From positions 1 through 54,297 of the IMG/VR virus record IMGVR_UViG_3300009169_000027: 54,297 nt of DNA, one strand, 5' to 3'. The DNA comes from a virus (taxonomy: Duplodnaviria > Caudoviricetes). The notes below the pieces were generated by a model. It searched no databases. It worked only from the letters and a program-made list of their open reading frames with translations, and was not told where the DNA came from. The number at the start of each line of letters is the position of its first letter. Position 1 is the first letter of the stretch. A program made the translations under genes and the position numbers. Below are positions 54,148 through 54,297 of this stretch, in pieces.

Positions 54148-54297
54148 ATGGGCAGGGGCACGATCTCGGCAGGTGGCACGGAAGGTCGCTACACGGTAGA
54201 CCTCGACTTTGGTGATGCTGAGCGCGATGCGCTGGCCGCTGTGCAGACGGCAAGGATTGCGCGCCTCACGTCCGACATCGTGGCAATGCAGGCGGCC
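54148..54297 (+). CDS. 5' part of the tail tip protein (continues at 2-2062)
   Basis: ATG 54148, open in frame through the terminal overlap. Confidence 0.75.
   Translation, partial: MGRGTISAGGTEGRYTVDLDFGDAERDALAAVQTARIARLTSDIVAMQAA
54225..54297. repeat. Terminal direct repeat, copy 2
   Basis: Identical to 1-73. Confidence 0.95.

Noticed and set aside
54225-54297. 73-bp repeat as a biological terminal repeat
   Set aside because: It lies mid-gene and is more simply an assembler circular overlap
1-54297. tRNA genes, diversity-generating retroelement, alternative genetic code
   Set aside because: No cloverleaf, reverse transcriptase or TR/VR pair noticed by eye; core genes are intact under the standard code (tRNAscan not run)

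Overview
The window is an apparently complete, circularly permuted ~54.2-kb GC-rich siphovirus-like dsDNA phage genome. Bases 1-73 repeat at 54225-54297, and a tail gene runs in frame across that junction. The host is probably Gram-negative (Rz/Rz1 spanins). No integrase, repressor, tRNA or CRISPR array was seen. Modules: (i) PolA, a clamp-like gene and a nucleoside-deoxyribosyltransferase-like gene next to a 7-deazaguanine DNA-modification cluster (dpdA, folE, queE, queD, queC); (ii) an early region in which eight genes or operons each sit behind a repeated ~95-115-bp cassette (palindrome CCCTC[A/T]GAGGG phased 25 or 15-16 bp upstream of a sigma70 -35, an inverted repeat around the -35, a conserved leader and RBS); (iii) SSB-like, SNF2 helicase, RepB-like primase and SF3 helicase genes; (iv) terminase, then ~11 kb of lysis and fibre genes, then the head and tail genes. 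Top candidates for new biology: a single-ORF portal-MuF-ADP-ribosyltransferase polyprotein with candidate prohead-protease cut sites and a tiny downstream ORF; the phased promoter-cassette regulon with paralogous HTH-like proteins; a dispersed ~90-bp element resembling a gyrase site; and an endolysin with three membrane segments. All family calls come from motif recognition by eye, not database searches.
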